Part shown: positions 1 to 11,500 of the stretch, in pieces
Numbering within the stretch: position 1 is the stretch's first letter
Layout: every line of letters begins with the position of its first letter
Assembly (NCBI RefSeq): GCF_963921235.1
Contig: NC_086097.1
Coordinates: forward strand, 244,096,001-244,160,000
Reading direction: 5' to 3'
Source: Mobula hypostoma
Lineage: Eukaryota
DNA: 64,000 nt
Program-made: the position numbers and the translations under genes
Notes under the pieces: model-generated
The model's database searches: none
Seen by the model: the letters and a program-made list of their open reading frames with translations, nothing else
What the model was told of the DNA's origin: nothing

Positions 1-2502
1 AGGCTCACATGCGGCACCTTATCGAAGGCCTTTTGAAAATCCAAATACACAACATCCACAGTCTCTCCCTTATCAATCTTATTCGAAATTACCTCAAAAA
101 ATTCCAATAGGTTGGTGAGGCAGGATCTTCCCTTCATGAAATCATGCTGGCTTTGGCCTATCTTGTCATGCACCTTGAGGTATTTCATAACCTCATCCTT
201 GAGGATTGACTCCAATATCTTTCCAACTACCGATGTCAGACTAATAGGTCTGTAATTTTCTTTTTGCTGCCTCCTTCCTTTCTTAAATAGCGGAACTACA
301 TTTGTGACCTTCCAATCCTCTGGAACCATGCCAGAGACTGTTGATTCCTGGAAGATCATTTCCAATGCTTCCACAATCTCCAAAGCCACCTCCTTCAGAA
401 CCCTTGGGTGCACCTCATCCGGACCAGGAGACTTATCTATTTTTAGTCCACTTAGCTTCCCAAGCACTTTCTCTCCAGTAATCTTGACTGTACCTAATTC
501 TATTCCCTGATACCTCTGGCTATCAGGTATATTGCTCATGTCTTCCACTGTGAAGACTGATGCAAAATACTCATTCAGTTCCTCCGCCATCTCTTTGTTA
601 TCCATTATAATTACTCCAGCATCATTTTCAATCGGTCCCGTATCTACCCTTGTCACTCTTTTACTCTTCATATATTTAAAAAAACTCTTAGTATCCTTTT
701 TTATGTTAATCGCCAACTTCCTTTCATAATTCATCTTTTCTTTCCTAATGACTTTCTTAGTTTCCTTCTGTAAGTTTTTAAAAGTCTTCTAGTCCTCATT
801 TTTCCCACTAATTTTTGCTTCCTTGTACGCCGTTTCTTTTGCTTTTATTTTTGCCTTAACCTCTCTCGTTAGCCACATTTGTGCCATTTTTCCATTCATG
901 ATTTTCTTTTTTCTTGGAATATATTTTTCCTGCATTTTCCTCATTTCTTGTAGGAATTTCATCCAATTCTGCTCTGCCGTCCCTCCATTTAGCTTACTTT
1001 TCCAATCGACTTGGGCCAGTTCCTCTCTCATACCACTGTAATTTCCCCTGTTCCACTGAAATATCTATACACCTGATACCAGCTTCTCCTTTTCAAATTT
1101 GAAACTGAACTCAATCATATTATGATCACTACTTCCAAGGGGTTCCTTTATCTCCAGCTCCCTAATCGCCTCAGGTTCGTTACGCAGCACCCAATCCAAA
1201 ACAGCCGGTCCTCTGCTGGGCTTCTGGACAAGTTGCTCCAAAAAGCCATCCTGTAGGCATTCTACAAACTCCTTCTCAATAGACAATAGACAATAGGTGC
1301 AGGAGTAGGCCATTCGGCCCTTCGAGCCAGCACCGCCATTCACTGTGATCATGGCTGATCATCCACTATCAGTATCCAGTTCCTGCCTTATCCCCATAAC
1401 CTTTGATTCTGCTATCTTTAAGAGCTCTATCCATCGCTTTCTTGAAAGCATCCAGAGATTTGGCCTCCACAGCCTTCTGGGACAGAGCATTCCATATATC
1501 CACCACTCTCTGGGTGAAAATGTTTTTCCTCAACTCCGTTCTAAATGGCCTACCCCTAGTTCTTAAACTGTGGCCTCTGGTTCTGGACTCACCCATCAGC
1601 AGGAACATGCTTCCTGCCTGCAGCGTGTCCAATCCCTTAATAATCTTATATATTTCAATAAGATCCCCTCTCAGCCTTCTAAATTCCAGAGTATACAAGC
1701 CCTGAGATCCAGTACCTTCCTGACTTTCCCAATCCACTTTCATATTAAAATCCCCCATAATTATCTTGACGTTTTCCTTCTGACACGCTTTTTCTATTTC
1801 CAGCTGCAACTTGTAGTCCACATCCCAGCTGCTGTTTGGAGGCCTGTATATAACTGCTATTAGTGTCTTTTTACCCTTGCCATTTCTTAATTCTACCCAT
1901 AAGGATTCTACCTCTTCTGATCCTATGTCCCTTCTTTCTATTGATTTGATATTGTTACTTACCATCAGGGCCACGCCACCCCCTTTACCTACCTTCCTAT
2001 TCTTCCTGTACACTGTGTATCCTGGGATATTCAGCTCCCAATCACATCCATCATTTAGCCATGACTCAGTGATGGCCACAATGTCATACCTTTTAACCTG
2101 CAGCTGTGCAGCAAGGTCATCCACTTTATTTCTAATGCTGCGTGCATTTAAGTACAGTACATTTAGATCAGCACCTGTTGCTGATTCTGCTATATTTCTA
2201 TTTTGCAGCAAATTATCCTGTACATTCACTGGCCTGTCCTTCTTACCATCTTTGCTGCACAGTATTTTTGACTTATTTCTATTTTCCTCTTCCTCAACCC
2301 TAACACCTTGGTTTCCTTCCCCTTGCCAACATAGTTTAAACCCTCCCTAACAGCTATATTAAACAATCCCGCTAGGATATTAGTACCTTTTGAATTCAGG
2401 TGTAATCCATCTTTTTTGTATAAGTCATACCTTCCCCAAAATAGATCCCAATGGTTCAAGAATTTGAAGCCCTGCCCCCTGCACCAGTTACTTAGCCACA
2501 CA
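1..2502 (-). mobile_element. CR1 LINE: ORF1 esterase C-terminus, ORF2 AP-endonuclease and linker, running off the window; interrupted at 1277-1700
   Basis: ORF1 has HWDLFWGRYDLYKKDGLHLN. The endonuclease has LYLNARSIRNK, ITESWL, IYRPP, MGDFN, LDWVL and SDHNMIEF. Confidence 0.92.
1277..1700 (-). mobile_element. Younger 5'-truncated CR1 3' end nested in the CR1 endonuclease region
   Basis: LEFRRLRGDLIEIYK...FTQRVVDIWNAL with a (CTATTGT)n tail. Removing it restores the host reading GSQ-EKEFVECLQD. Confidence 0.9.
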
Positions 2503-2514
2503 TCTGTACCCTTT

Positions 2515-5290
2515 CAACTGCCAGCACATCTTTTCTTGGCTGGGGGGCCCAAAACTGCTCACAATACTCTGAGTGCAGTCTGACCAATGCCTTATAAAGC
2601 CTCAGCATTATATCTTTTATATTCTAGTCCTCTCGATATGAATGCTAACATTGCATTTGCCTTCCTTACCTCTGAGTCAACCTGCAAGTTAACCTGTAGG
2701 GAATCCTGCACAAGGACTCCCGAGTCCCTTTGTACCTCTGATTTTTGAATTTTATCCCTATTTGGGAAATAGTCCACTCCTCTATTCCCTCCGCTAAAGT
2801 GCATGACCATACACTTACTAACATTATATTCCATCTGCCACTTCTTTGCCCATTCACCTAATTTGTCTAGGTGCTCTGCAGACCCCCTACTTCCTCAACA
2901 CTACCCACCCCTCCACCTATCTTCAAATCATCTGCAAACTCGGCCACAAAGCTATTAATTCCTTCATCCAAATCATTGACATATATCCTGAAAAGATACA
3001 GTCCCAACACTGACCCCTGTGGAGCATCACTAGTCACTGGAAACCAACCAGAAAAGGCCCGCTTTTTTCCCATTCTTTGCCTCTTGCCAGTCAGCCAATC
3101 TTCTATCTTTCCTGTAATACCATGGGTTCTTATCTTGTTCAGCAGGCTCATGTGTGGAACCTTGTCAAAGGCCTTCTGAAAATCCAAATAAACAAAATCC
3201 ACTTCGTCTATTCTGCTCGTTATTACCTCAAAGAATTCCAACAGATTTGTCAGGCAGGACTTCTCCTTTCGAAAACCATGCTGATTTTGATATGCCTCCA
3301 ATCATGTGCTTCCAAGTACTCTGAAACCTCATCCTTAATCAGTCCTTTTCCAACCTCTGAGATCAGACTAATTAGCCTATAATTTCCTTTCTTCTGTCTT
3401 CCTCCTTTCTTAAAAAGTGGAGTGACACTTGCAATTTTCCAGTCCTCAGGAACCATTCTGGAATCTAGTGCTTCGTGAAAGATCATTACTAACGCCTCCA
3501 CAATCTCTTTAGCTATTTCGTTCAGAACCCTAGGGTGTAGCCCATCTGGTCCAAGTGACTTGTCTACCTTTACACTTTTTAGCCTTCCAAGTTCCTTCTC
3601 CTTAGTAATAGCAACGACACTCACTTCTGCCCCCCTGGCAGTGTTGCATATTGGCATTCTGCTAATGTCTTCCACAATGAAGACTGGTGCAAAACACTAA
3701 TTCAGTTCACCTGCCATTTCTTTGTTCCCCCATTACTACCTCCAGAATTGCCTTTCCCCTAGTGGACTCAAATACAAGCTGCTCTAAAAAGTCATCCAGT
3801 TACAACCTGATTTTCCCAATCTAAATGTATATTGAAATCCCCCATGATGATCACAACATTGCCCTTTCTGTCTCCCATTGTAATTTATAGTCCACATCCT
3901 GACTACTGTTCAGAGGCTAAAATATAACTTCCATCAGGGTCTTTTTACCCTTTCAGTCTCTTAACTCTACCCACGAAGATTTTACATCTCTCGATCCTAT
4001 ATCAGCTCTTTCTAAGGATTTGATTTCACTTTTTTACTAACAGAGACACCCTACCCCCTTTGCCTACCTGCCTGTCCATTCAATACAATATGTATCCTTG
4101 GATATTAAACTCCCAACTATTATCTTCTTTCAGTCAGAACTCAGAGATGCCCACCATAACTACCAATCTCTAACTGCACTTCAGAATCATCTACTTTATT
4201 CCATATGCTGCATGCGTTCAAATATAACACCTTCAGTCCTGCATTCATCGCCTTTTTTTGATTTTGGCCCCTTGTTGAGGTTTAACTCATCCCACTGACT
4301 GCAATTTTGCCCTATCATCTGCCTGTCCTTCCTCACAGTCTCACTACACACTGCATCTACTTGTATACCAACCACCCCATCTTCAGTCCTGTCACTCCGG
4401 TTCCCATCCCCCTGCCAAATTAGTTCAAGCCCTCTCCAACTGCTCTAGCAAAGCTGCCAGCAAGGATAGTTATTCCCCTCAGTTTCAAGTGTAACCCGAA
4501 CTTTTTGTACAGATCATACGTTCCCCAAAGAGATCCCAATGACCCAGAAATCTGAAATCCCTCTGCCCCCTACACCAGTTCCTCAGCCACACATCGATTT
4601 GCCAAATCATCCTACTTTTACCCTCGTTGGCGCATGACAAAGGTAGCAACCCAGCAGTTACTACCCTGAAGATCATACTTTTCAGCTTTCTACTTAACTG
4701 CCTATATTCCCTCTTCAGGACCTCCTCTCTTTTAAAATCGATGTAATTGGTACCAATATGTACCATGACCTCTGGCTGTTCTCCCTCCCCCTTCAGAATG
4801 CTGTGGACCTGATCTGAGACATCCCTGATCATGGCACCTGGGAGGCAACATACCATCCTGGTATCTCTTTCACTTCCACAGAATCTGCTTTCTGCTGTTC
4901 TAATTATGGAATCCCCTATCACTACTGCACTCCTGTTCTCCCTCCAGACTCAGTGCCAGAGACCCGGGCACCGTGGCATCCTGCGATCTGTTGGTCCCAC
5001 GCCCCCCAACAGTAGCTAGCGGTATACTTATTATTGAGGGGAACAGCCACAGGAGTACTCTGCACTGACTGCCTATTCCCTTTCAGTCCTGACAGTCACC
5101 CAGGTACCTGCCTCCTGCAATTTAGGGGGGGACTACCTCCCTATATCTCCTATCTATCACCTTCTCATTCTCCTGTATGAGCCAAAGGTCATCGAGCTGC
5201 AGCTTTTGTAGTTATCATAGAAACTGGAGGTTTCCCAGAGCTTCCACAATTCATACAAAGAACAATACTACTACACTCACTTCAGCTTCC
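2515..5290 (-). mobile_element. Older, internally deleted CR1 LINE (ORF1 SGNH esterase, EN and RT remnants)
   Basis: Esterase blocks IGDSIIR...HIGTN. RT motifs YLDFQKAFDKV, PQGSVLG and FADD. Many frameshifts. Confidence 0.88.
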
Positions 5291-5319
5291 CAAACACCCT
5301 CTCCTCAATGAAGACCTCT

Positions 5320-6055
5320 CCAGAGGTCTGATATCCACTCTCGCCTCTTTTTCTGCATATGAGAGGACTTTTGTTATCCTCTTTTAGGATTATTGGCTAG
5401 TGTATCTTCATATTTCATCTTTTCTCTCCTTATGGCTTCTGTAGTTGCCTTCTGTTGGTTTTTAGAAGCTTCCTAATTCTCTAACCTCCCAGTAATTTTT
5501 GGCTATATTTTCTGCCCTCTCTTTTGTTTTTATTCTATCTTTGACTTCCCTTGTCAGCTAATTATCCTCCCTTTAGAATAGCTCTTCCTTTTTGAGATGT
5601 ATCTATCCTGCACCTTTCGAATTGCTTCCAGGAACTACTTCCATTGCTGTTCTGCTGTCAACCCTGCTAGTAACCCCTTCTAGTTAACTTTGGCCAGCTC
5701 CTCTCTCATTTCTCTGTAATTCCCTTTACTCTACTGTAATACTGATACATCTGACTTTAGCTTCTCCCTCTGAAATTGCAGGGTGAATTCTATCATGTTG
5801 TGATCATTTTCTCCTAAGGGGTCCTTTACCCTAAGCTCCCTAATCAAATTTGTTTCATTACAGTGGGCTCAACCACAAATTGCTCTGGAAACGCATCTCA
5901 CTGGAATTCTACAATTTCCTTCTCTTGGGATCCAGCTTAAATCTGATTTTCCCACTCTACCATCATATTGAAATCATCCATGACTATCTCTTTTTCCATG
6001 CCTTTTCTGTCTCCCGTTGCCATTTGTATCCCACATTTTGGCTACTGTGCAAAGG
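5320..6055 (-). mobile_element. Degenerate CR1 ORF2 fragment
   Basis: DNA similarity to 670-1270 of this window. Confidence 0.7.
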
Positions 6056-6387
6056 CCTAACAAGTGTTTTTGTCCACAGAACTGCCGCTGGCTGTTTTTT
6101 GCATCATTCTTTGTTAACTCTAGAGATTGTTGTGCGTGAAAATCCCAGGAGATCAGCAGTTTCTGACATACTCAAACTACCCATCTGGCACCAACAATCA
6201 TTTCACAGTCAAAGTCACTTAGATCATATTTCTTATCTATTCTGATGTTTGGTCTGAATAACAACTGACCCTCTTGACCACTTCCACATTCTTTTATGCA
6301 TTGAGCTGCTGCTACCCGATTGGCTGATTAGATATTTGCATAAATAAGCAGATGCACAGGAGTACGTAAAAAAGTGACCACTGAGTG
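6056..6387 (-). mobile_element. Tc1/mariner remnant (family B), 5' TIR and transposase N-terminus
   Basis: Reverse copy of 32039-32350. Ends in aaagtgaccactgagtg followed by TA. Confidence 0.75.
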
Positions 6388-6583
6388 TATAATCACTACT
6401 TGTGTTTTCTGATACATGAAGATGCAAACTGTGATTAAAAACAAACAAGAAATCTATTATTGCTTTAATCAGCTGGACCTTATGTGTTTTAATTTTGAAT
6501 TTATTCTAAAATGAAATCCAGTGGAAAATTAAATTGCCTTAATTACTAAACATTGTATAAAGGTTGTAGTAATTTGAAATTTA

Positions 6584-7105
6584 CAGTTCTGTGCAAGAGT
6601 GTTAGGAACGTATACATATAGCTATAGAGCCTAAGACGTGTGCACAGTACCATAGTAATTTTATGTATTGCTCTGTCATGCTGCCACAAAAAATACCAAA
6701 TTTCATGACACATATGAGTGAATCTGATATGGGTCTCTATTTTGGACTGAGAGTGGGAAGGGGGCAGAGAGATGGGAATCATGGTTGGGAAAAGGGGAAG
6801 GGAGAGGGGAGGGAGTGGGAAGCACCAGAGAGACATTCTGTAATGATCAATAAACCAATTGTCTGGAATCAAATGATCTTGCCTGGTGTTTCAGGGCTGG
6901 GTGCATCTGCACCCATACCACCCCGGCCCTGGCATTCCTTCTCTGCCACCTGTCCCACGCCCCTCCACCCTCACCATTCCCAACATGCTTTGCTCCTGCC
7001 AGATTTACAAACTGCTCTCTGCTTCACGTTGACAAATAGTGTACTGTGCAAAAGTCTTAGGCCCCCTGACAATATATACGTGTCTAAGACTTTTACACAG
7101 TACAG
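6584..7105. mobile_element. Composite Tc1-type MITE (family A) with a mini-hairpin at each end
   Basis: TA-flanked. The TIR cagtactgtgcaaaagtcttaggc occurs four times, as two inverted pairs. Similar copies at 18789-19293 and 62981-63195. Confidence 0.8.
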
Positions 7106-7156
7106 TATATCCAAATGTTCAGAAAGCAGTTGACACAAAAAGAAGTCATCGTCACT

Positions 7157-7607
7157 CAGAATCAAAATTAGAATCAGAATCGGGTTTACTATCACTGATA
7201 CATGTCATGGAATTTGTTGTTTTCCAGCAGCAGTACAGTGCAACACATAAAATATGCAATAAATTACAATAAAATTATATATAAAAATAAGTAAGTAGTG
7301 AAAAATGAGAGCAAAAACTGTGAGATAATTTTTATGAGTTCATTGCCCATTCAGAAATCTGATGTCAGAGCTGAAGAAGCTGTTCCTGAAACATTGAGTG
7401 TGTGTCTTCAGGCTCCTGTATTTCCTCTCTGACGGTAACAATGAGAAGAGGGCATGTCCTGGATGGTGAAGGTCCTTAATGACAGATGCCATCTTCTTGT
7501 GGCATCACTCCCTGAAGTTGTCCTCAATGGTGGAAGGCTGATACCTATGATGGAGCTGGTTGAGTTTGCAACCCTCTGCAAATTTTACAATCCTGTTCAA
7601 TGGCCCC
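7157..7607 (-). mobile_element. Rex1/Babar-type LINE 3' fragment
   Basis: (GAATCA)n tail on +. Similar to the 3' coding end at 55560-55710 and 47420-47826. Confidence 0.7.
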
Positions 7608-8073
7608 TTAAGTTTGAGGCTTGATTATGTCCCCCTTCTGCATGTTGCTGTCGTTTAGGTATCAATGGCGAAATTACAGATATGTGTGATGAACTGTCAA
7701 TCTTCTATGTGCTCTGGGAAGTTCCCAGAATATGAACAATGTTTAATTTCAGTTCATTTTCAGCTGTCTTGTGTTTTAACAATGTCCTCTTTGTCTTATC
7801 TTTCTTGAAAAATTGTATGTTCTATATGAATACCTTGCACAAAATGAGAAATAAAATTTGTAACCTTACTTTAGCAAAATGCTACATGGCATTCTCAGAC
7901 TGTGATAGATTTTATTCAAAATATCTTAATGTTAAAAAAGGAATTTCTTTAATTTGCAATTCATTTCACACCAAATCTCAGTTTCCATTATGAAGCTTGT
8001 AATCTCACAGCAGTGTGCTGATGTTTTCAAAATGTCTGAGCTATGATGTGTTCACTTTGTCTGTGTTTCACAG

Positions 8074-8166
8074 TCAGGGGCCAAAGGTAAACTTGTGAGA
8101 AGTCTAGCAGTTTGTGAAGAATCTAGCCTGCCTCTACCATCAGCAGAAGCCACAACAGAGAATCAG
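8074..8166 (+). CDS. ARPP21: ARPP21 internal coding exon (SGAKGKLVRSLAVCEESSLPLPSAEATTENQ), phase 0/0, 93 nt
   Basis: Acceptor tgtgtttcacag and donor cag|gtatgg. The peptide resembles the mammalian ARPP21 segment SGAGKGKLTRSLAVCEESS and joins in frame to the next exon. Confidence 0.9.
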
Positions 8167-8324
8167 GTATGGCATTGTTGCTGCATCACAAATTTGTTTT
8201 TCAATTTTTGGTTGACCCTAATCCCTCTCTCCTGAAGGTCCAAGCCTTATTTCCAGATGCAAACTTTTCATTTGTCTGCTCTGCAGCTCCTGGAGAAAAG
8301 TAAGCATTGATAGTTTAATAACTG

Positions 8325-8830
8325 AACTGAGGCTTTATAAGACATTGGTTAGACCATATTTGAAGTATTGTGAGCAGTTCTGGGCCCTTTATCGATTTAA
8401 GGATGTGCTGGCATTGGAGAGGGTCCAGAGGATCTCATTGAAACCTATTGAAGATTGAAAGGTCTGGATTAAGTGGACTTTGAGAGGATTTTTTTAATAT
8501 ATATATAGTGGGAGAGCCTTGGACCAGAGAGCACAGCCTCAGTATAGAATAGAAGGACATCCCTTTAGAACAGAGAAGAAGAGGAATTTATTTTGCCAAA
8601 CTGTGGTAAATCAGTTAATGTCTTCCACAGTGAAGACTGACACATAAGTCATCTGCCAATTCTTTGTCCCCCTTTACTACCACTCCAGCATCATTTTCCA
8701 GTGGTCCAATGTCCACTCTTGTCTCTCTTTTACTCTTTATATACTGTATCTGAAAGAACTTTTGGTATCCCCTTTTATATCATTGGTGAGCTTACCTTCA
8801 TATTTCATCTTCTCTCTCCTTGTGGCTTCC
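8325..8830. mobile_element. CR1 fragments (+ strand RT C-terminus, then - strand linker)
   Basis: Similarity to 36800-37170 and to 540-760. Confidence 0.7.
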
Positions 8831-8872
8831 TTGGGTGTGTTGGTTGTTAATGCAAGTGGCACACTTTACTAT

Positions 8873-9222
8873 TAACACGAGGGTCTGCAGATGCTGGAAA
8901 TCCAGAGCAGCACACAAAATGCTGGAGGAACTCAGCAGGTCAGGCACCATCAGTGGAAATGAATAAACAGTCCCGATGTTTCAGGCTGAGACTCTTCTTC
9001 AGGACTGGAAAGGAAGGGAAGGATGCCAGAATATAAAGGTAGGGGTTGGGGAAGGAGGACTAGGCTAGAAGATGATAGGCTAATGAGTGAGAAAAGGGCT
9101 GGAGAAGAAAGAATCTGATAGGAGAGGAGAGTGGACAGAAAGGGAAGGAGGAGGGGCACCTGGGCGAGATGATACGCAGGTGAGAAGAGGTAAGAGGCCA
9201 GAGTCAGGAATAGAGGAAAAGG
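8873..9222 (-). mobile_element. Penelope-like 3' UTR/pseudo-LTR with hammerhead motif at 8969-9006
   Basis: Tail aacacgagggtctgcagatgctggaaatccag matches the end of the Penelope at 46300-46388. Confidence 0.8.
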
Positions 9223-9264
9223 GATCCTGACACTGGTCCCTGTGAAACACCCCTGGACACAGAG

Positions 9265-9755
9265 CTCTAGTGAAACACCACTCCATTCCGTTTTCCATCT
9301 TCCCCTTTCCCTCTTTGTCCATCCCCCACTCTGGATTCCCTCTTACCTCTTCTCTTCTCCTCACCTGCCCATCACCTCCCTCTGGTTCCCTTCCTCCCTC
9401 CCTTTCTCTCTCCTGTCCTCTCCTATTAGATTCATTCTTCTCCAGCCCCTTACTATTTATGTCTACTCTTCTCTTCTCATCAGCCCTATTCTTCTTCCCT
9501 CTTCTCTTCTCCTCACCTGCCTATCACTTCCCTCTGGGTCCCACCCGCTTCACTTTCTCCAGTGGTCCACTCTCCTCTCCTATCAGATTCCTTCTTCTTC
9601 GGCCCTTTTCCACCTATCACCTCCCAGTTTTTTACCTCTTGCCCCTCCCCCAGCCACCTGCCTTCACCTGCCAGCTTCCTCTTCCTCCACCATTTTATTC
9701 TGGCTCCTTCCCCCTTTCGTTCCAGTCCTGATGAAGGGTCTCAGCCCAAAATATC
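9265..9755 (+). mobile_element. Penelope-like pyrimidine-rich 3' UTR with decayed hammerhead at 9724-9757
   Basis: Inverted partner of 8873-9222. Contains agtcctgatgaagggtctcagcccaaaa. Confidence 0.75.
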
Positions 9756-10029
9756 ACAGCAAATGGCCCCGGTGACCAACAGCAACATCCTGCAGACAGT
9801 TCACGAACCTACTAGATGCTCTTCTTCTTTTAATAACATTTCTTTTCACAAACCGTGATCGATTACAGCTGTAATTTTCATTTTAAGGATGTATTTGAGT
9901 TGATTAAATAATCTGGCACTTTCTCCCATGGTCCACTCCCTTCTCGTATCAGCTTCCTTCTCCTCCCGCCCTTTTTCACCCATCACCTCCCAGTTTTTTA
10001 CCTCTTCCCCCTCCACCAGCCACCTGGGG

Positions 10030-10766
10030 GATTTGTCAAGGTTGAGAACGGATTGTCCAAGAGCGGCCATCGATCCCTAATGGGTCGAACGCAACCGCAT
10101 GGTTGCCTCCATTGCTGATTAAAGCATGAGCAAGGTTAAAACCAACGAAGACGAGAGCGGAAAGTGAACGGGTGTTCAGCGCCATCTGCGTGTGTTTGAC
10201 CGATCTCCCTCTCACTGCTGGGGGCGGAAGGTGCAGGAGTCATGGGTCCCATACGGCAAGGTTCGATCACTTCGTGGCTTGTGGCTGCGGACTCATTTTC
10301 CGGTGATTCTGTGGTTTGATGTTTAATGTCCTGTGTGCTCAACGTGCTCCACAGATGTGAACTCACGTTTGAGGACTCTAGTTCATGTCCCATGTTTTTG
10401 TTAACTCTTTTTTTTTTACTACTTGCGCAATTTAATCGAAGCTCTTCAGCGCGGAACTGGCTCTGCGTGCTGTGCCCTGCTGAACCCACTGACTCGGTGG
10501 CTGTGGCACCCGGACCCTTTCAGAGACACTGCAGTTTGATGTTTAACGTTCCATGTGTTATTTGCTTGCTTTTTGCTGTTTGCCTGATCTGTCCTTTTTT
10601 TCGTGTGTTGGGTGTTTGATGGCTCTTGTGTTGTGGGGGTTTTCTTTAAATGGGTTCCAGGATGTTTCTTTGTTTCATGGTTGCCTGTGGGAAGACGAAT
10701 ATTAGGGTTATATACAGTATACATACTTGGATAATAAATGTACTTTGAACTTTGAACCTTGAACTT
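10030..10766 (+). mobile_element. Unclassified non-coding retroposon with Rex1-like 3' tail
   Basis: CpG-rich body, AATAAA and a (TTTGAAC)n tail shared with 40400-40625 and 50340-50577. Confidence 0.55.
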
Positions 10767-10826
10767 TATTCATTTCCATAGATGCTGTCTGACCTGCTGA
10801 TTTCCTCCAGGATTTTCTATGTGTTA

Positions 10827-11500
10827 TTAGATTATTAGATTATGAGGACACTCAGTCCTCATTTATTGTCATTTAGAAATGCATGCATTAAAAAATGATA
10901 CCATGTTCCTCCAGAGTGATATCACAAGAAACACAGGACAAACCAAGACTAAAACTGACAAAACCACATAATTATAACATATAGTTACAACAGTGCAAAG
11001 CAATACCGTAATTTGATAAAGAGCAGACCATGGGCACAGTAAAAAAAAGTCTCAAAGTTCGGATAGCCTCATCATCTCACGCAGGCGGCAGAAGGGAGAA
11101 ACTCTCCCTGCCATGAACCTCCAAGCGCCGCAAACTTGCCAATGCAGCACCATTGGAAGCACCCGACCGCAGCGGACTCTGAGTCCGTCTGAAAACTTTG
11201 AGCCTCCGACCAGCCCTCCGACACTGAGCACTGAACACCATCCTCTGCCAAGCGCTTCGACCCCGCGTCGGCCGCCAAGCAACAAGCAAAGCCGAGGACT
11301 CGGGGCCTTCCCCTCCGGAGTTTCTGGATCACACAGTAGCAGCGAAGCAGGCATTTCAGAAGTTGCACCAGATGTTCCTCCGTGTTCTCACATCTGTCTC
11401 CATCAAATCAGGATTGCGCACAGCACCCTACTTGACAAATAACAGACATCACCACCGGAGTGGCCGCTGCGAGCTGCATCGCGCTGCCATCTTCTCCTCC
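10827..11500 (-). mobile_element. Non-autonomous LINE-like element (~670 bp)
   Basis: The minus strand starts near aagatggc and ends with AATAAA plus an (ATAATCTA)n tail. A second copy of the 3' end lies at 63200-63320. Confidence 0.65.

Noticed and set aside
1369..2229. 286-aa ORF that looks like a novel endonuclease fusion protein
   Set aside because: Chance in-frame junction between a CR1 endonuclease N-terminus and a nested CR1 3' fragment inserted at 1277-1700.
1..8073. Upstream ARPP21 exons, including the PKA-site (RRKS) exon and the start codon
   Set aside because: Not recognisable here. A small diverged exon could have been missed.
9242..9858. Long Pro/Ser/Leu-rich ORFs (also 14216-14581, 45952-46314, 63420-63737)
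   Set aside because: Products of the pyrimidine-rich Penelope UTR, which lacks stop codons by composition.
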